Below are positions 1 to 11,288 of a DNA stretch of 38,767 nt, one piece after another. Each line of letters opens with the position of its first letter. Within the stretch, counting starts at the first letter, position 1. Below the pieces are notes generated by a model. The model searched no databases, was not told where the DNA came from, and was given only the letters and a program-made list of their open reading frames with translations. Origin of the DNA: an uncultured Mycoplasmatota bacterium. GTDB lineage: Bacteria > Bacillota_I > Bacilli_A > RF39 > UBA660. The translations under genes and the position numbers were made by a program. The stretch spans positions 1 to 38,767 of the forward strand of contig CAMOYX010000003.1 in NCBI GenBank assembly GCA_946630615.1, given 5' to 3'.

Positions 1-397
<397 letters not shown>

Positions 398-460
398 AAT
401 CTATATTAAATATAGTTTAAAATCGAATTGATCTAAGCTTCTAAAAATTGACTTTTTTAC

Positions 461-476
461 TCAGTTTTCAAAGATC
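461..476 (-). promoter_or_regulatory. rRNA leader boxA / processing-stalk element
   Basis: Minus strand GATCTTTGAAAACTGA, the typical Firmicute rrn leader motif, about 65 nt upstream of 16S. Confidence 0.75.
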
Positions 477-513
477 TATTTATCTTGCGTTTGAATTCCT
501 CAAGCGCACATAT

Positions 514-542
514 AAGATATCAAATTTTTTAAATCAAGTCAA
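514..542 (-). promoter_or_regulatory. rrn P2 sigma-A promoter
   Basis: TTGACT-17 bp-TATCTT with an A-rich UP region upstream. Confidence 0.75.
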
Positions 543-656
543 CAACTTTTTTTAACTTTTTTTCAAAAAATTTAATTTCTTTTCAAAACATTTACAAGTA
601 GCAATTAAGCTTAATTCTTATTAATGTTTTGTGTACTTTTCGCAAGTACGAGTACA

Positions 657-685
657 ATACTACACTAAAAAAATAAGTAATGCAA
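657..685 (-). promoter_or_regulatory. rrn P1 sigma-A promoter
   Basis: TTGCAT-17 bp-TAGTAT with A-tract UP elements, in tandem with P2. Confidence 0.65.
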
Positions 686-778
686 GCATAAATTTCAATT
701 TTTTTTAATTTTTTTTATTTTTTTCGTTTTTTTAGCATTTATGCACTAAAAAAGAGCCTTACATGGCTCATTTTTGGC

Positions 779-1318
779 TTAAAATTGACTATTTTGTAGT
801 TCTTTATACCTATTAGCTAGTGATTCTATATAGTCTTTATTGAATGGATACTCATTATTTTTCTTAATTTCTATTAATTTTTTTAAAGAAAGATTAACAA
901 TTTCATCCAATTCTTTACTATAATGCATTACCTTTTTATGATAATTATATTCATTTCGGTCTAAAATTCTGTATCCTCCATCAGGATAAACTCGTAAATC
1001 AAGATCATAATCAATATATTTTATTACTCCACCATCAATTAAATATGGAGTTGCAATATTACAATAATAGAATAAACCCGCTTTTTTTAATTGAGCAATT
1101 ACATTAAACCATTTATCTTTATAAAAAAATAAAATTGCTGGTTCTTTTGTTAAATGACTAGAACCATCATGTTCTGTTAATCTAGTATGATCATTATATA
1201 CTATAAGTTTATCTTCATCATAATATATTACTGTAGCTTCATCGCTAACTCTATCAAGGTATCCATTATGTTTATAACATTCAATTTTAAGCTTGTCTCC
1301 AATTTTAAAATTTTCCAT
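779..1318 (-). CDS. DUF402 family protein (YgaC/Ntdp-like nucleoside di/triphosphate phosphatase)
   Basis: Motifs YKHNG, WFNVI, YYCNIATP and YIDYDLDLRVYPDG are characteristic of the family. Confidence 0.85.
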   Translation of the reverse strand: MENFKIGDKLKIECYKHNGYLDRVSDEATVIYYDEDKLIVYNDHTRLTEHDGSSHLTKEPAILFFYKDKWFNVIAQLKKAGLFYYCNIATPYLIDGGVIKYIDYDLDLRVYPDGGYRILDRNEYNYHKKVMHYSKELDEIVNLSLKKLIEIKKNNEYPFNKDYIESLANRYKELQNSQF

Positions 1319-1395
1319 AATGTCCTTTCTCGTTAAACATTATACATAATCTTTAAATAAATTTAAAGAAAAAAGGAAAACTATTTGTCTTCCTC

Positions 1396-2598
1396 TTAAC
1401 TCTCTAATATCTCTATAGCTTTTAAAACTTGAGTATCTACTTCATCTTCAGTAGTTAATGTAACTTCATAATCCGGTGTAATACCTTTTTGATCTATATT
1501 CTTACCACTTGGACTATACCAGTAGCTTGAAGTATATTTAACCATACTTCCATCTGATAAAGTACTAGTGTCTTGTACTCTTCCTTTACCATAAGTTTTT
1601 TCTCCAACTACTATAGCTCCGTAAGATTCTTTTAATGCAAGTGTAAGCATCTCAGATGCTGATGCAGTAGCACCATTAGTAAGTATTACCAATTTAAAGT
1701 CTTGCTTCTCATCTGAATCATCATACTTAGTAATCTTATTACCGTTTTTATCTTCTAATGTATATATAGCTTTACCTTTTTCAATAAACATAGAAGCAAT
1801 TCCATTAACAGAGTTTAAATATCCTCCTCCATTAAATCTTAAATCTAATATTAAAGATTCCATACCTTCACTCTTTAAATCATTTAAGGAGTTTCTAATC
1901 TCATCTGAAGATGTTTTAGTAAATGAATCCAAATATATATATCCAATCTTCTTATCACCTGTAGTCTTTAATATTCCACTTTTAAGTGGTGTAGATATAT
2001 CTCCAATTCCTACACTAAATTTAATTATCTCTTCTCCTCTTTTTACAACTATTTCATTTGTGCTCTTAGTTTTATCTATATAACTTATTGTTTTAGAAGA
2101 ATTTTCATTAGTTACATCATTACCATTTACTTCTACTATAACATCTCCTACTTCTATTCCAGCCTCTTTTGCAGGTCCTTCATATACTTTAACTATTTTG
2201 TTATCTAAAGATATAGAAACACCAATCCCCTTAAATGTGCCATTTAAACTATTTTGTAAAGCACTAGATTCATCTTTATCTAAATAAGCTGTATAATCCT
2301 CATTTAAGTAGCTTAGCATTGCTTTAATAGCTTGATCTACCATTCCTTGCTTATCATATTCTTTTCCATAGTATTTTTCTTCTATACTATTATAAACATC
2401 TAATAATTCTTTAATAGAAGAATCATTTAAAGCATTTCCATATAGTATCTTAGATTTATTATAAAAAATAATTCCAACAGTAAGTCCGCTTATAATAGCT
2501 GTAATTAAAACAATTATAATTACACTTAATAAACTAAAACCTTTAAGTTTATTCTTTTTATTATCTATAATTTCTGTATCTATATTATTATTTAGCAT
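1396..2598 (-). CDS. ctpA: C-terminal processing peptidase, S41A family (PDZ + protease)
   Basis: N-terminal TM, PDZ (GIGV...GD.I..VNG), LDLRFNGGG, TASASE catalytic Ser, GEKTYGKG and GITPD. ATG at 2598 chosen from the AGGTGA RBS (ORF track start 2610). Confidence 0.9.
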   Translation of the reverse strand: MLNNNIDTEIIDNKKNKLKGFSLLSVIIIVLITAIISGLTVGIIFYNKSKILYGNALNDSSIKELLDVYNSIEEKYYGKEYDKQGMVDQAIKAMLSYLNEDYTAYLDKDESSALQNSLNGTFKGIGVSISLDNKIVKVYEGPAKEAGIEVGDVIVEVNGNDVTNENSSKTISYIDKTKSTNEIVVKRGEEIIKFSVGIGDISTPLKSGILKTTGDKKIGYIYLDSFTKTSSDEIRNSLNDLKSEGMESLILDLRFNGGGYLNSVNGIASMFIEKGKAIYTLEDKNGNKITKYDDSDEKQDFKLVILTNGATASASEMLTLALKESYGAIVVGEKTYGKGRVQDTSTLSDGSMVKYTSSYWYSPSGKNIDQKGITPDYEVTLTTEDEVDTQVLKAIEILES

Positions 2599-2663
2599 TC
2601 TTATTATCACCTTACGATAAAAATGTTAACACAATTATTTGCATTTTAAAAGAGTGATTAAAA

Positions 2664-3173
2664 TCACTCTTTTATTCCTAATTCTTTTTTAATAGCTTCT
2701 TTACCCTCTAAGTATTTAACTATTTTACCTTTTCTTATTTTAATTAAAGTACCATCTTTAATTCTTAATTCACTACTCTTAGTTGCATTCTTATTAGATT
2801 CTTCATCATCTTTAACATAATAATCCTTATTTAAACTATTAGCTAAATCTAAATTATATATCTTAATATAGCCTTCATCTTCTTCATCATGATGTTCTGA
2901 AGCAAAGTAATTTAGATATGTTCCAAGAGCACCTGCATTAACTCCCTCACTATCATAGCAAAGTACATAGTATTCAGTTTCTTCCCTATTAAATAATGTT
3001 CCTGCAATAGCTATTTCATCATTTATATAACCACTAGTATATGTATAATCTTTTACTAAATTAGAAGTAAAAGTATTACCTAGTACTAAAGCTATAACAA
3101 TAACTAAAATTATTACTCCTAGTATAATAACAAATCTCTTTACGTATGATTCTATTTCGCTTGTATTATTCAT
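2664..3173 (-). CDS. Membrane-anchored hypothetical protein (thioredoxin-like fold without CxxC possible)
   Basis: 169-aa ORF with AGGTGA RBS, single N-terminal TM and a C-terminal TLIKIRKGKIVKYLEG strand pattern. Confidence 0.65.
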   Translation of the reverse strand: MNNTSEIESYVKRFVIILGVIILVIVIALVLGNTFTSNLVKDYTYTSGYINDEIAIAGTLFNREETEYYVLCYDSEGVNAGALGTYLNYFASEHHDEEDEGYIKIYNLDLANSLNKDYYVKDDEESNKNATKSSELRIKDGTLIKIRKGKIVKYLEGKEAIKKELGIKE

Positions 3174-3236
3174 TATTAATCACCTACGAACAATATTATA
3201 AATTAACTATTAAAATAATGCAAAAAGAAAAAGTGG

Positions 3237-4607
3237 TTAATTATTAGTAATAACCACTTTTACTTTACTTGTTGCAACATATGTAATTCTTGGATCATTA
3301 TTTTCAATATTAACATCAACTTCATAAGTACCAGCTTGGTAATCAGTTAAGTTAATATATGCATTAATTGAATTCTCATCAATAGAATTGATTACAGATT
3401 CAACACCCTTAACTTGAATTGCAATAGCGTCTTCATTAACTCTATTAACAGTTAATCCACTAGCTAAATTATTAGCCTTAATATTTTTAATATTAACAGT
3501 TCTTTGAGCTTCTTCATTAAATGTTACAACAATCTTAACATCACTTTCAGAAATGCTTCTAACACCAGTAGGTTTCTTAATTGTTGCATTGTATGTAGTA
3601 GCACCAGTAGTACCCTTACCAGTAACATCAATTGTTACAGGTACTGATGTAATTGATTCAATATCAGTCTTTTCACCATAGATATCTACAGTGTAATCAC
3701 TCTTGCCATTAATAGTAATTGAAGATATTGCCTTACCTTGTACTAACTCACCAGTTGTAGATACAACAATTGGTACAGTCTTCATATAAGTACTAAATGT
3801 AATTGATGCAGACATTGTATTTGGTACAATTTCAACATTATTTAATACATTACCATTTGAATCATATGCAACTAATGGTAAGTTATCAACTTCATAAGTA
3901 ATAGCTTCTTTAAATTTATCACTTGATAAATCTACTAAAGCTTTAACTGTAGCAATCTTAGCTAAAGCATCTTCACTACCTTTAACAACAACTGTATTAT
4001 CATCTAAAGATACGTTAGATACAGAGAACTTTTCATTTAAAGCATCTTCATTTAATAACTCATAAGAAATACTCTTTTCAACAGATACTTTCTTTTTAAT
4101 AACAACTGTTACATAAGCAGGATCTAATTTATAAGATATATTATCGACTGTTTGATTATATGTTAAAGCAACTTTTCTTGGAGTAGAACTTGCATCATAG
4201 TTAGATAAATCTAAAGTAACTTCATGTTCACCTAATTGTTTAGCTAAGTATAAACTACTCTTCTTACCAGTTAAAATAATATCTACTTTATCGATTAAAC
4301 CTTCTACAACATAATTTTCTTTATTATAAATAACATTTACAGGTTCATTAGATAATACCTCAGCTTCAGTTTCAACTAAGTTAATTACTTGACTATCTAC
4401 TAAAAAGAAAAATCCTAAAGCAAGTATTAAACTTACATATACTAAAACTATTGGTCTATTTAAGAACTTTTCTAAATGAATTGGATTATTCTTTAATTTT
4501 TCTCTTAAGAAATAAATAATTCTAGAAACAGGAGTAATAATTATCTTATCTAATAAACGATATAATAAAACGAAAGGTCTACCTAATACTTTTAAAAATT
4601 TCTTCAT
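3237..4607 (-). CDS. cdaR: CdaR/YbbR-like regulator of diadenylate cyclase
   Basis: TM followed by repeated beta-rich YbbR domains, directly downstream of cdaA. Start is 4607 (ATG) or 4616 (GTG). Confidence 0.85.
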   Translation of the reverse strand: MKKFLKVLGRPFVLLYRLLDKIIITPVSRIIYFLREKLKNNPIHLEKFLNRPIVLVYVSLILALGFFFLVDSQVINLVETEAEVLSNEPVNVIYNKENYVVEGLIDKVDIILTGKKSSLYLAKQLGEHEVTLDLSNYDASSTPRKVALTYNQTVDNISYKLDPAYVTVVIKKKVSVEKSISYELLNEDALNEKFSVSNVSLDDNTVVVKGSEDALAKIATVKALVDLSSDKFKEAITYEVDNLPLVAYDSNGNVLNNVEIVPNTMSASITFSTYMKTVPIVVSTTGELVQGKAISSITINGKSDYTVDIYGEKTDIESITSVPVTIDVTGKGTTGATTYNATIKKPTGVRSISESDVKIVVTFNEEAQRTVNIKNIKANNLASGLTVNRVNEDAIAIQVKGVESVINSIDENSINAYINLTDYQAGTYEVDVNIENNDPRITYVATSKVKVVITNN

Positions 4608-4608
4608 G

Positions 4609-5433
4609 CTATTCACCTAACCCTTCATCATTACTTCTATTATCATCAAAGTCATAGAATACTTCAGTCTTAGGTTTTAATTCTTGTGTTAGTTTATCTC
4701 TAAACTCATCTAATGATAAGTTATATTTTAATTCTCCACCACAAGCAATACTAATCTTACCAGTTTCTTCAGAAACTACTAAAGCAAGTGCATCACTTTC
4801 TTCAGCAATACCAAGTGCTGCTCTATGTCTAGTACCTAACTTCTTAGATACATTTGGATTCATACTAGTTCTAAATACTGCACCAGCACATGTTATTCTA
4901 TCTCCTTGGATAATTACACCACCATCATGTAATGGTGAGTTAGGGAAGAATAAATTAGATAATAATTCACTTGAAATATCTGCATAAATCTTAGTTGCTC
5001 TTCCGATATATTCTTGAAGTGAAACATCTCTTTCAATAACTATTAAAGCACCTATACGGTTCATCTTTAAGTATTCAATAGATTTCATTACTTCATCTAC
5101 TAGTTTTTCTCTTTCATCCCCAGTTAAAGTCTTATGTCTACCAAGTAATTGACTTCTACCAATACTTTCTAACATATTTCTAATTTCTGGTTGGAATATA
5201 ACAATAATTGCAAGAGGACCCCATTGAACTACATACTCTAGTAATACTCCTACAGTATATAAATTTAATATCTTACTTAAAATTTCAATTATTACAATTA
5301 ATAATACACCCTTAACAATTAAAATCATCTTTACATTATTTCTAATATTCTTTAAAACAAAATAGAATAATGCCCAGACAATTCCAATGTCTAAGATCTT
5401 TGTGAATAAACCCCAAATGGTACTTAACGTCAC
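4609..5433 (-). CDS. cdaA: Diadenylate cyclase CdaA (DacA/YbbP)
   Basis: Three N-terminal TMs, FQPEIR, SPLHDGG (DGA-type) and GTRHRAA catalytic motifs, VVSEETG. Confidence 0.95.
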   Translation of the reverse strand: MTLSTIWGLFTKILDIGIVWALFYFVLKNIRNNVKMILIVKGVLLIVIIEILSKILNLYTVGVLLEYVVQWGPLAIIVIFQPEIRNMLESIGRSQLLGRHKTLTGDEREKLVDEVMKSIEYLKMNRIGALIVIERDVSLQEYIGRATKIYADISSELLSNLFFPNSPLHDGGVIIQGDRITCAGAVFRTSMNPNVSKKLGTRHRAALGIAEESDALALVVSEETGKISIACGGELKYNLSLDEFRDKLTQELKPKTEVFYDFDDNRSNDEGLGE

Positions 5434-5495
5434 ATTAACACTTCCTTCTATTCTATACTAAAATTATAACAAAGATTGTTAATTCATTCTAGTAA

Positions 5496-5843
5496 CTATT
5501 TCTTTAATACATCCATGCCATTATCAAACAAAGATGTAACTTCTCCAGATTCTGCTTTAGTTGTATCAGTAATAATATTACTACCAACTGAGAAAGTTAC
5601 ATTAGGACTATCATTATTCATGCTAGTCTTATTAATAGCTCCATTTAAAGATTGATTTGTTTGAGCCTTAGCAAGTAATTCATCAATTGAATAATCATCT
5701 TCACTTCTATGAATAATTTTACTTATTCCTTTTTCTTGTTCTTTTTGATCAACAAAATAACCTACAATAGCAAATATTAATATTAATGCTATCAAAGTAA
5801 ATATAAATGTATTATTTGCTAAGAATGTCATGAATACTTCCAT
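5496..5843 (-). CDS. Small single-TM hypothetical protein
   Basis: Strong AGGAGG RBS, N-terminal TM ending in GYFVD, located between smpB and cdaA. Confidence 0.7.
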   Translation of the reverse strand: MEVFMTFLANNTFIFTLIALILIFAIVGYFVDQKEQEKGISKIIHRSEDDYSIDELLAKAQTNQSLNGAINKTSMNNDSPNVTFSVGSNIITDTTKAESGEVTSLFDNGMDVLKK

Positions 5844-5856
5844 AAATCCTCCTACC

Positions 5857-6285
5857 TTAGAATCTTACGCCTTCTCTTCGTTCTAAGTCTCTCTTTTTAA
5901 TAGCTTCTCTCTTATCATAAAGCTTCTTACCCTTACAAACTGCTATTTCAAGTTTAGCTTTGTTATCCTTAATATACATTCTAATTGGAATAACACTTAT
6001 CTGTGTAAGAGTCTTTTCTTTTATAAGCTTTCTTATTTCACTTTTATGAAGAAGTAGCTTTCTTGCTCTTCTTTCATCGTGATTAAATTGATTAGCTTCC
6101 TTATATTTAGCAATAAACATATTAGTAACAAAAGCTTCTTCTCCCTTGAATGTTACAAAAGCATCCCCTAGATCTACAGATCCTTTTCTAACACTTTTAA
6201 TTTCACTTCCGTTTAATACTATTCCTGCTTCAATACTTTTTCCTACTTCGTAGTTAAAAAACGCCTTTTTGTTTCTTATTTCCAT
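5857..6285 (-). CDS. smpB: SsrA-binding protein SmpB
   Basis: NKKAFFNY, EAGIVLNGSEIKS, RKLLLHKSEI and GKKLYDKRE motifs. Overlaps the rnr 3' end. Start is 6285 or 6297. Confidence 0.96.
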   Translation of the reverse strand: MEIRNKKAFFNYEVGKSIEAGIVLNGSEIKSVRKGSVDLGDAFVTFKGEEAFVTNMFIAKYKEANQFNHDERRARKLLLHKSEIRKLIKEKTLTQISVIPIRMYIKDNKAKLEIAVCKGKKLYDKREAIKKRDLERREGVRF

Positions 6286-8395
6286 GCTTTTTATCATCCC
6301 CTGTATTAACTAGTTCAAAGTCTATCATAGCTCTTTCTTTAGATGCAGCAACACATTTAACTCTGACTTTATCACCTATACGATAAATCTTCTTAGTACT
6401 ATTACCTACTAAAGAAAGTATCTCAGGAACATAATTATAATAGTCACCTTTAATTGTGCTTATATGAACTAATCCTTCAACTAAATTTGGAAGTTCTACA
6501 AAGAATCCAAAATTAGTGACAGTATCTATTATACCATCATATTCTTCTCCAATGTGACTTTCCATATATTCAGCCATTTTCATATCATCTACTGCTCTTT
6601 CAGCTTCTTGAGCATTAACTTCTTTTTCAGATGAATGAATTGCTACATTTACTAGTTGCTTAGATAGATAATCAATAGTACTCATTGAATAATCTTTATC
6701 TACTAGATAAGTCTTAATAAGTCTATGAACAGTTAAATCAGGATATCTTCTGATTGGACTAGTAAAATGTGTATAAGCACGTGATGCAAGTCCAAAGTGT
6801 CCAATATTATCACATGCATATTCAGCTTTCTTCATACTTCTTAACATCATAGATGATAATACTTTAAATTCAGGTACTTCATCAAGTTCATCTAATACAG
6901 CTTGCATAGTTAAACTTGTTATATTATGCATTGGTGTCTTAAGTTCATAGCCCATTGCTTTAAGTAAATGTACAAAATCATCTATCTTTTCTTGATTTGG
7001 TTTACCATGGACTCTGTAGATAAATGGTACATCCATATTATAGAAGTGTGAAGCTATAGTTTCGTTTGCAGCTATCATGAAGTCTTCTATTAATTTCTCT
7101 CCATCTTCTCTATCATATTTAACAATATCTATTGCTTTACCATCACTATCTTGAATAATCTTAGCTTCATCAAGATTAAAATCAATATAACCTCTTCCCA
7201 TCTTTTCTTTACGTAAGATGTGAGCTAGTTCATTCATTTCTTTTAACTTATCTGCAAATGGTTCATATCCAGGAGCCACTATATCTCTCATAATAATATT
7301 GTTAACATCTGAATAATTCATTTTCTTACATGACTTAATATAACTTGGATAAATAGAATAATCTATTACTTTACCCGCTTTATTAATCTTCATAGTACAA
7401 GACATTGTAAGTCTAATTACACCTTCATTAAGTGAACAAATACCATTACTTAATTGATGAGGTATCATAGGAATTACAGTATCTGCTAAATAATTAGATG
7501 TACCTCTTTCAAATGCTGCATCTCCTAAACTAGTATTTGGTTTAACATAATTAGAAACATCTGCAATATGTACTCCAAGTATGTAATTTCCATCTTCATC
7601 TCTATCTAAACTTATCGCATCATCTATATCTTTAGTGTCTTTACCATCTATTGTAAAGATCATCTCATTCGTTAAGTCTTTTCTACCTTTTAGTTCTTCT
7701 TCTGATACTTCACTTGGAATACTCTTTAACTCTTCTATTACTTCTTCACTAAATTCAGGTTCTATTTTATATCTTAAAGCTACACTTAAAATATCAATTC
7801 CTGGATCATTTTTATGACCTATAACTTGTTTAATAGATGCTTGATATTTCTTCTTTCCAAGTTGCTTATCAAGCTTAATTAATACTTTATGACCTTCAAC
7901 ACACTTATCCAATGCATTATCGTCAAACTTTAATTCTATATCTAACTTTTCATCATCTAGTTTAACGGCTAAACCTTTCTTAGTTGATATTACTTCTCCA
8001 ACTAAAGTTGATAAATCTCTTTTAATGATTCTATTAACTCTTCCTTCAGGTTTTACACCTTTCTTAATAACTTCACAAAGAACAATATCACCTGATAAAG
8101 CTCCATTGCTCATATCACTAGCAATATATAAGTCTTCTTCATTAGGTAGTATTACAAAGCCAAATCCTTTTCTATTTGCTTCATACTTACCAACCTTCAT
8201 TCCTGGCATATTCTTAATTAATATATATTTATCTTTCTTAGTTCTAAATACTATACCTTCTTCAACTAATGCTTCTAATTCTTCTAATAATTTAGTTAAA
8301 TCACTAGTTTCCTTAAGATTCATTTCATTAAAAATAGACATAGCTTCTAAGGCATCATATTTTCCTTCTAAGAATTCTAAAATAGAATCACGCAT
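6254..8395 (-). CDS. rnr: Ribonuclease R
   Basis: CSD (KGFGFV), RNB TIDGKDTKDIDDA, YTHFTSPIRRYPDL and C-terminal S1 domain. secG-rnr-smpB synteny. ATG 8395 follows AGGAG. Confidence 0.96.
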   Translation of the reverse strand: MRDSILEFLEGKYDALEAMSIFNEMNLKETSDLTKLLEELEALVEEGIVFRTKKDKYILIKNMPGMKVGKYEANRKGFGFVILPNEEDLYIASDMSNGALSGDIVLCEVIKKGVKPEGRVNRIIKRDLSTLVGEVISTKKGLAVKLDDEKLDIELKFDDNALDKCVEGHKVLIKLDKQLGKKKYQASIKQVIGHKNDPGIDILSVALRYKIEPEFSEEVIEELKSIPSEVSEEELKGRKDLTNEMIFTIDGKDTKDIDDAISLDRDEDGNYILGVHIADVSNYVKPNTSLGDAAFERGTSNYLADTVIPMIPHQLSNGICSLNEGVIRLTMSCTMKINKAGKVIDYSIYPSYIKSCKKMNYSDVNNIIMRDIVAPGYEPFADKLKEMNELAHILRKEKMGRGYIDFNLDEAKIIQDSDGKAIDIVKYDREDGEKLIEDFMIAANETIASHFYNMDVPFIYRVHGKPNQEKIDDFVHLLKAMGYELKTPMHNITSLTMQAVLDELDEVPEFKVLSSMMLRSMKKAEYACDNIGHFGLASRAYTHFTSPIRRYPDLTVHRLIKTYLVDKDYSMSTIDYLSKQLVNVAIHSSEKEVNAQEAERAVDDMKMAEYMESHIGEEYDGIIDTVTNFGFFVELPNLVEGLVHISTIKGDYYNYVPEILSLVGNSTKKIYRIGDKVRVKCVAASKERAMIDFELVNTGDDKKHGNKKQKGVF

Positions 8396-8460
8396 AATTG
8401 TCAACTCCTAGTCTCAATTAATTATATCTTAGATTTATAAAACTAACAATAAAACATTAA

Positions 8461-8487
8461 AAAAACTTGCTTATAAAAGCAAGTTTT
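8461..8487 (-). terminator. Intrinsic terminator after secG
   Basis: AAAACTTGCTT/AAGCAAGTTTT inverted repeat followed by a T-tract on the minus strand. Confidence 0.7.
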
Positions 8488-8489
8488 AC

Positions 8490-8717
8490 TTACATTAAGA
8501 ATAATGCTAATGAAATACCAAAAAATAATAACCCTAAGAATAAAGTTAAACGAGTAATAAATAATTGGCTTCCTCTTTCTTTAACCTTACCAAATAAAGC
8601 TTCAGTATTACCAGCAACTATTTGACCAGCATCACTAGCCTTATTACTTTGTAATAATACAAGTGTTATTAATAAAATAGAAATTACTATTAAAATGATC
8701 TCTAATATATTTTCCAT
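8490..8717 (-). CDS. secG: Preprotein translocase subunit SecG
   Basis: Two TMs with VLLQ and LFGKVKERG...LTRLT-like motifs, upstream of rnr. Confidence 0.92.
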   Translation of the reverse strand: MENILEIILIVISILLITLVLLQSNKASDAGQIVAGNTEALFGKVKERGSQLFITRLTLFLGLLFFGISLALFLM

Positions 8718-8771
8718 GAGTACCCTCCAATACGTTAATAATCTACCATAAATAGGTAGTTATATCAAGAA

Positions 8772-9344
8772 TTAAATATATCGTTTAATAACTCCATATA
8801 CTTCTTCTCTACCTTTTTTAGTAGAAGATGAAAAGTGAATAAAATCATCTATATTTAAAGTTTCTTTTATAATCTTATCTTGTTTAGCTCTTAAAGACGC
8901 TCCAACTTTATCAAACTTAGTAGCTATAACAGTAACATTAACGTTATAGTATCTTAAGAAATTAAGCATCATTACATCATCATCACTTGGTTTATGTCTG
9001 TAGTCTATTAGTAAGAATACATGATCAAGACTAGTTCTATTCTTTAAATATTCTTCTATCATCATACCAATCTTTTTATCAGTTTCTTTAGATAATTTAG
9101 TATAACCATAGCCAGGAACATCTACTAAGTAAAAAGCATTATTAACTTTATAAAAGTTTAAAGTAACTGTTTTACCTGGTTTAGATGATGTATGAGCAAA
9201 GTTTTTCTTTTGTATTAAAACATTAATTAAACTAGACTTACCAACATTACTTTTACCTACTAATAAAAATTCAGATAAATTATCAGTAGGATATTGACTA
9301 AGTCTTACTGCTACACTTTCTAGGTTAATTGAATCAATTTTCAT
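8772..9344 (-). CDS. engB: Ribosome biogenesis GTPase EngB/YsxC
   Basis: GKSNVGKSSLIN, SSKPGKT, DVPGYGY and TKFDK motifs. Confidence 0.95.
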   Translation of the reverse strand: MKIDSINLESVAVRLSQYPTDNLSEFLLVGKSNVGKSSLINVLIQKKNFAHTSSKPGKTVTLNFYKVNNAFYLVDVPGYGYTKLSKETDKKIGMMIEEYLKNRTSLDHVFLLIDYRHKPSDDDVMMLNFLRYYNVNVTVIATKFDKVGASLRAKQDKIIKETLNIDDFIHFSSSTKKGREEVYGVIKRYI

Positions 9345-9424
9345 ATAAAATCACCACGTGCCTAAATTATAGATTAAATAAGTAATAATTGCAAATAATG
9401 AAAAAAGAAGAATATAAATTCTTC

Positions 9425-11230
9425 TTATCTCTTTAATCTAAATCTTTCTTTAGGATCTAATATAGCTTTACGTAATCTAATATTATCTGGAGTTACCTCA
9501 ACATATTCATCATCTTGAATAAACTCTAAAGCTTCTTCTAAACTAAACTTCTTTGGAGAAACTAAGTTAATAGCTTCATCAGATGATTTAGAACGTGTAT
9601 TAGACATTTCTTTATTCTTACATGGATTTACATCTAAATCATTATCTCTACTATGTAGACCAATAATCATACCTACATATACATCAACAGCAGGACCAAC
9701 AAATAAAGTACCTCTGTCTTGTAAGTTATATAATGAATAACCTAAAGTCTTACCAGTTTCCATAGAAACAAGTACACCATTTTTTCTACCAGCAATTGGT
9801 CCAACATATGGTTTGTATTCATCAAAGTCTCTTACCATAATACCTTCACCACGAGTATTAGTAATGAATGCACTACGATAACCAATTAATCCTCTAGTAG
9901 GAGCAGAAAACTCTAAATGTGCTTGTCCTTCACTATTAGTAGAAACATTTGTTAAAATACCTTTTCTTTCTTGTAAATCATTAATAATAGTTCCTTGATA
10001 ATCTTGAGGACAGTTAATAATTACAGTTTCAAATGGTTCGTATTTCTTTCCATCTCTTTCTTCAAGTAATACTTCTGGCTTAGAAACACATAGTTCAAAA
10101 CCTTCTCTTCTCATGTTTTCAAGTAAGATAGATAAGTGTAATTCACCTCTACCAGATACTTTAAATCCATCAGAGCCAGGTAATTCTTCAACTCTTAAAC
10201 CAACATTAACTTCAAGTTCTCTTTCTAATCTTTCTTTAATATGTCTACTTGTTAAGTATTTACCAGATTGACCAGCAAATGGTCCATTATTAACTAAGAA
10301 GTTCATAGATAGTGTTGGTCTTTCAATATGAATAGGTTCCATTGCTTCTACATGATTTGGATCACATATAGTGTCACCAATCATGATATCTGGACAACCA
10401 GCAAAGATAACTATGTCTCCATAGTAAGCTTCTTTCTTTTCTACTCTCTTAATTCCTTCAGTAACAAATAATTTAGAAATTCTAAATTGCTCTACTTTAT
10501 CAGAACCATTTCTGCATAAAGAAACCATTTCACCAGACTTAACAACACCCTTAGTAATACGAGCAACACCAAGTCTACCTAAGAAGTTATCATAGTCTAA
10601 GTTAGATACTTGCATTTGTAATGGATCTTTAGCATCACCTTTAAATGCTTCAACTTGTTCTAAAACTGTATCAAGTAAAGCATTAACGTTATCAGTTTGT
10701 ACATTTGGATCAAATGTAGCCCAACCATCTCTTGCAACACCATAAATAATTGGGAAGTCTAATTGTTCATCATTAGCATTTAATTCCATGAAAAGATTAA
10801 ATGTTAAATCAACAACTTCTTCTGGTCTTGCATCTCTCTTATCAATCTTATTAATAAATAGAATTGGTTTTAAATTTTGCTCTAAAGCTTTTCTTAAAAC
10901 AAACTTAGTTTGAGGCATTGGTCCTTCTGCAGAGTCAACAATTAAAATAACAGTATCAGCTGTTTTAATAACTCTTTCTACTTCAGAAGAGAAATCAGCA
11001 TGACCTGGAGTATCGATTATATTAATCTTATAATCTTTATATCTAATAGAACAGTTCTTAGAATAAATAGTAATACCTCTTTCTCTTTCAATTGAGTTAG
11101 AGTCCATTACTTGGTCTACTAATTCTTCATGTGAACTAAAAGTACCATTTTGTCTTAATAAAGCATCTACTAAAGTACTCTTACCAGCGTCTACGTGAGC
11201 TACAACAGCTACATTAATAATTTTATCCAT
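9425..11230 (-). CDS. typA: Translational GTPase TypA/BipA
   Basis: AHVDAGKSTLVD, ERERGITI, DTPGHADF, GRGELHLSILLENMRREG and EVTPDNIRLRK motifs. Confidence 0.97.
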   Translation of the reverse strand: MDKIINVAVVAHVDAGKSTLVDALLRQNGTFSSHEELVDQVMDSNSIERERGITIYSKNCSIRYKDYKINIIDTPGHADFSSEVERVIKTADTVILIVDSAEGPMPQTKFVLRKALEQNLKPILFINKIDKRDARPEEVVDLTFNLFMELNANDEQLDFPIIYGVARDGWATFDPNVQTDNVNALLDTVLEQVEAFKGDAKDPLQMQVSNLDYDNFLGRLGVARITKGVVKSGEMVSLCRNGSDKVEQFRISKLFVTEGIKRVEKKEAYYGDIVIFAGCPDIMIGDTICDPNHVEAMEPIHIERPTLSMNFLVNNGPFAGQSGKYLTSRHIKERLERELEVNVGLRVEELPGSDGFKVSGRGELHLSILLENMRREGFELCVSKPEVLLEERDGKKYEPFETVIINCPQDYQGTIINDLQERKGILTNVSTNSEGQAHLEFSAPTRGLIGYRSAFITNTRGEGIMVRDFDEYKPYVGPIAGRKNGVLVSMETGKTLGYSLYNLQDRGTLFVGPAVDVYVGMIIGLHSRDNDLDVNPCKNKEMSNTRSKSSDEAINLVSPKKFSLEEALEFIQDDEYVEVTPDNIRLRKAILDPKERFRLKR

Positions 11231-11258
11231 AATCTCATCCCTTTCGGATATCTAGAAG

Positions 11259-11287
11259 ATAATACAACAATAAAAATAAAAAGACAA
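11259..11287 (-). promoter_or_regulatory. Putative sigma-A promoter of typA
   Basis: TTGTCT-17 bp-TATTAT immediately downstream of the terminator at 11289-11315. Confidence 0.55.
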
Positions 11288-11288
11288 G

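Noticed and set aside
7635-8411. + strand ORFs of 60 and 128 aa
   Set aside because: Antisense shadows of rnr with Ser/Leu/Phe-rich composition and no RBS.
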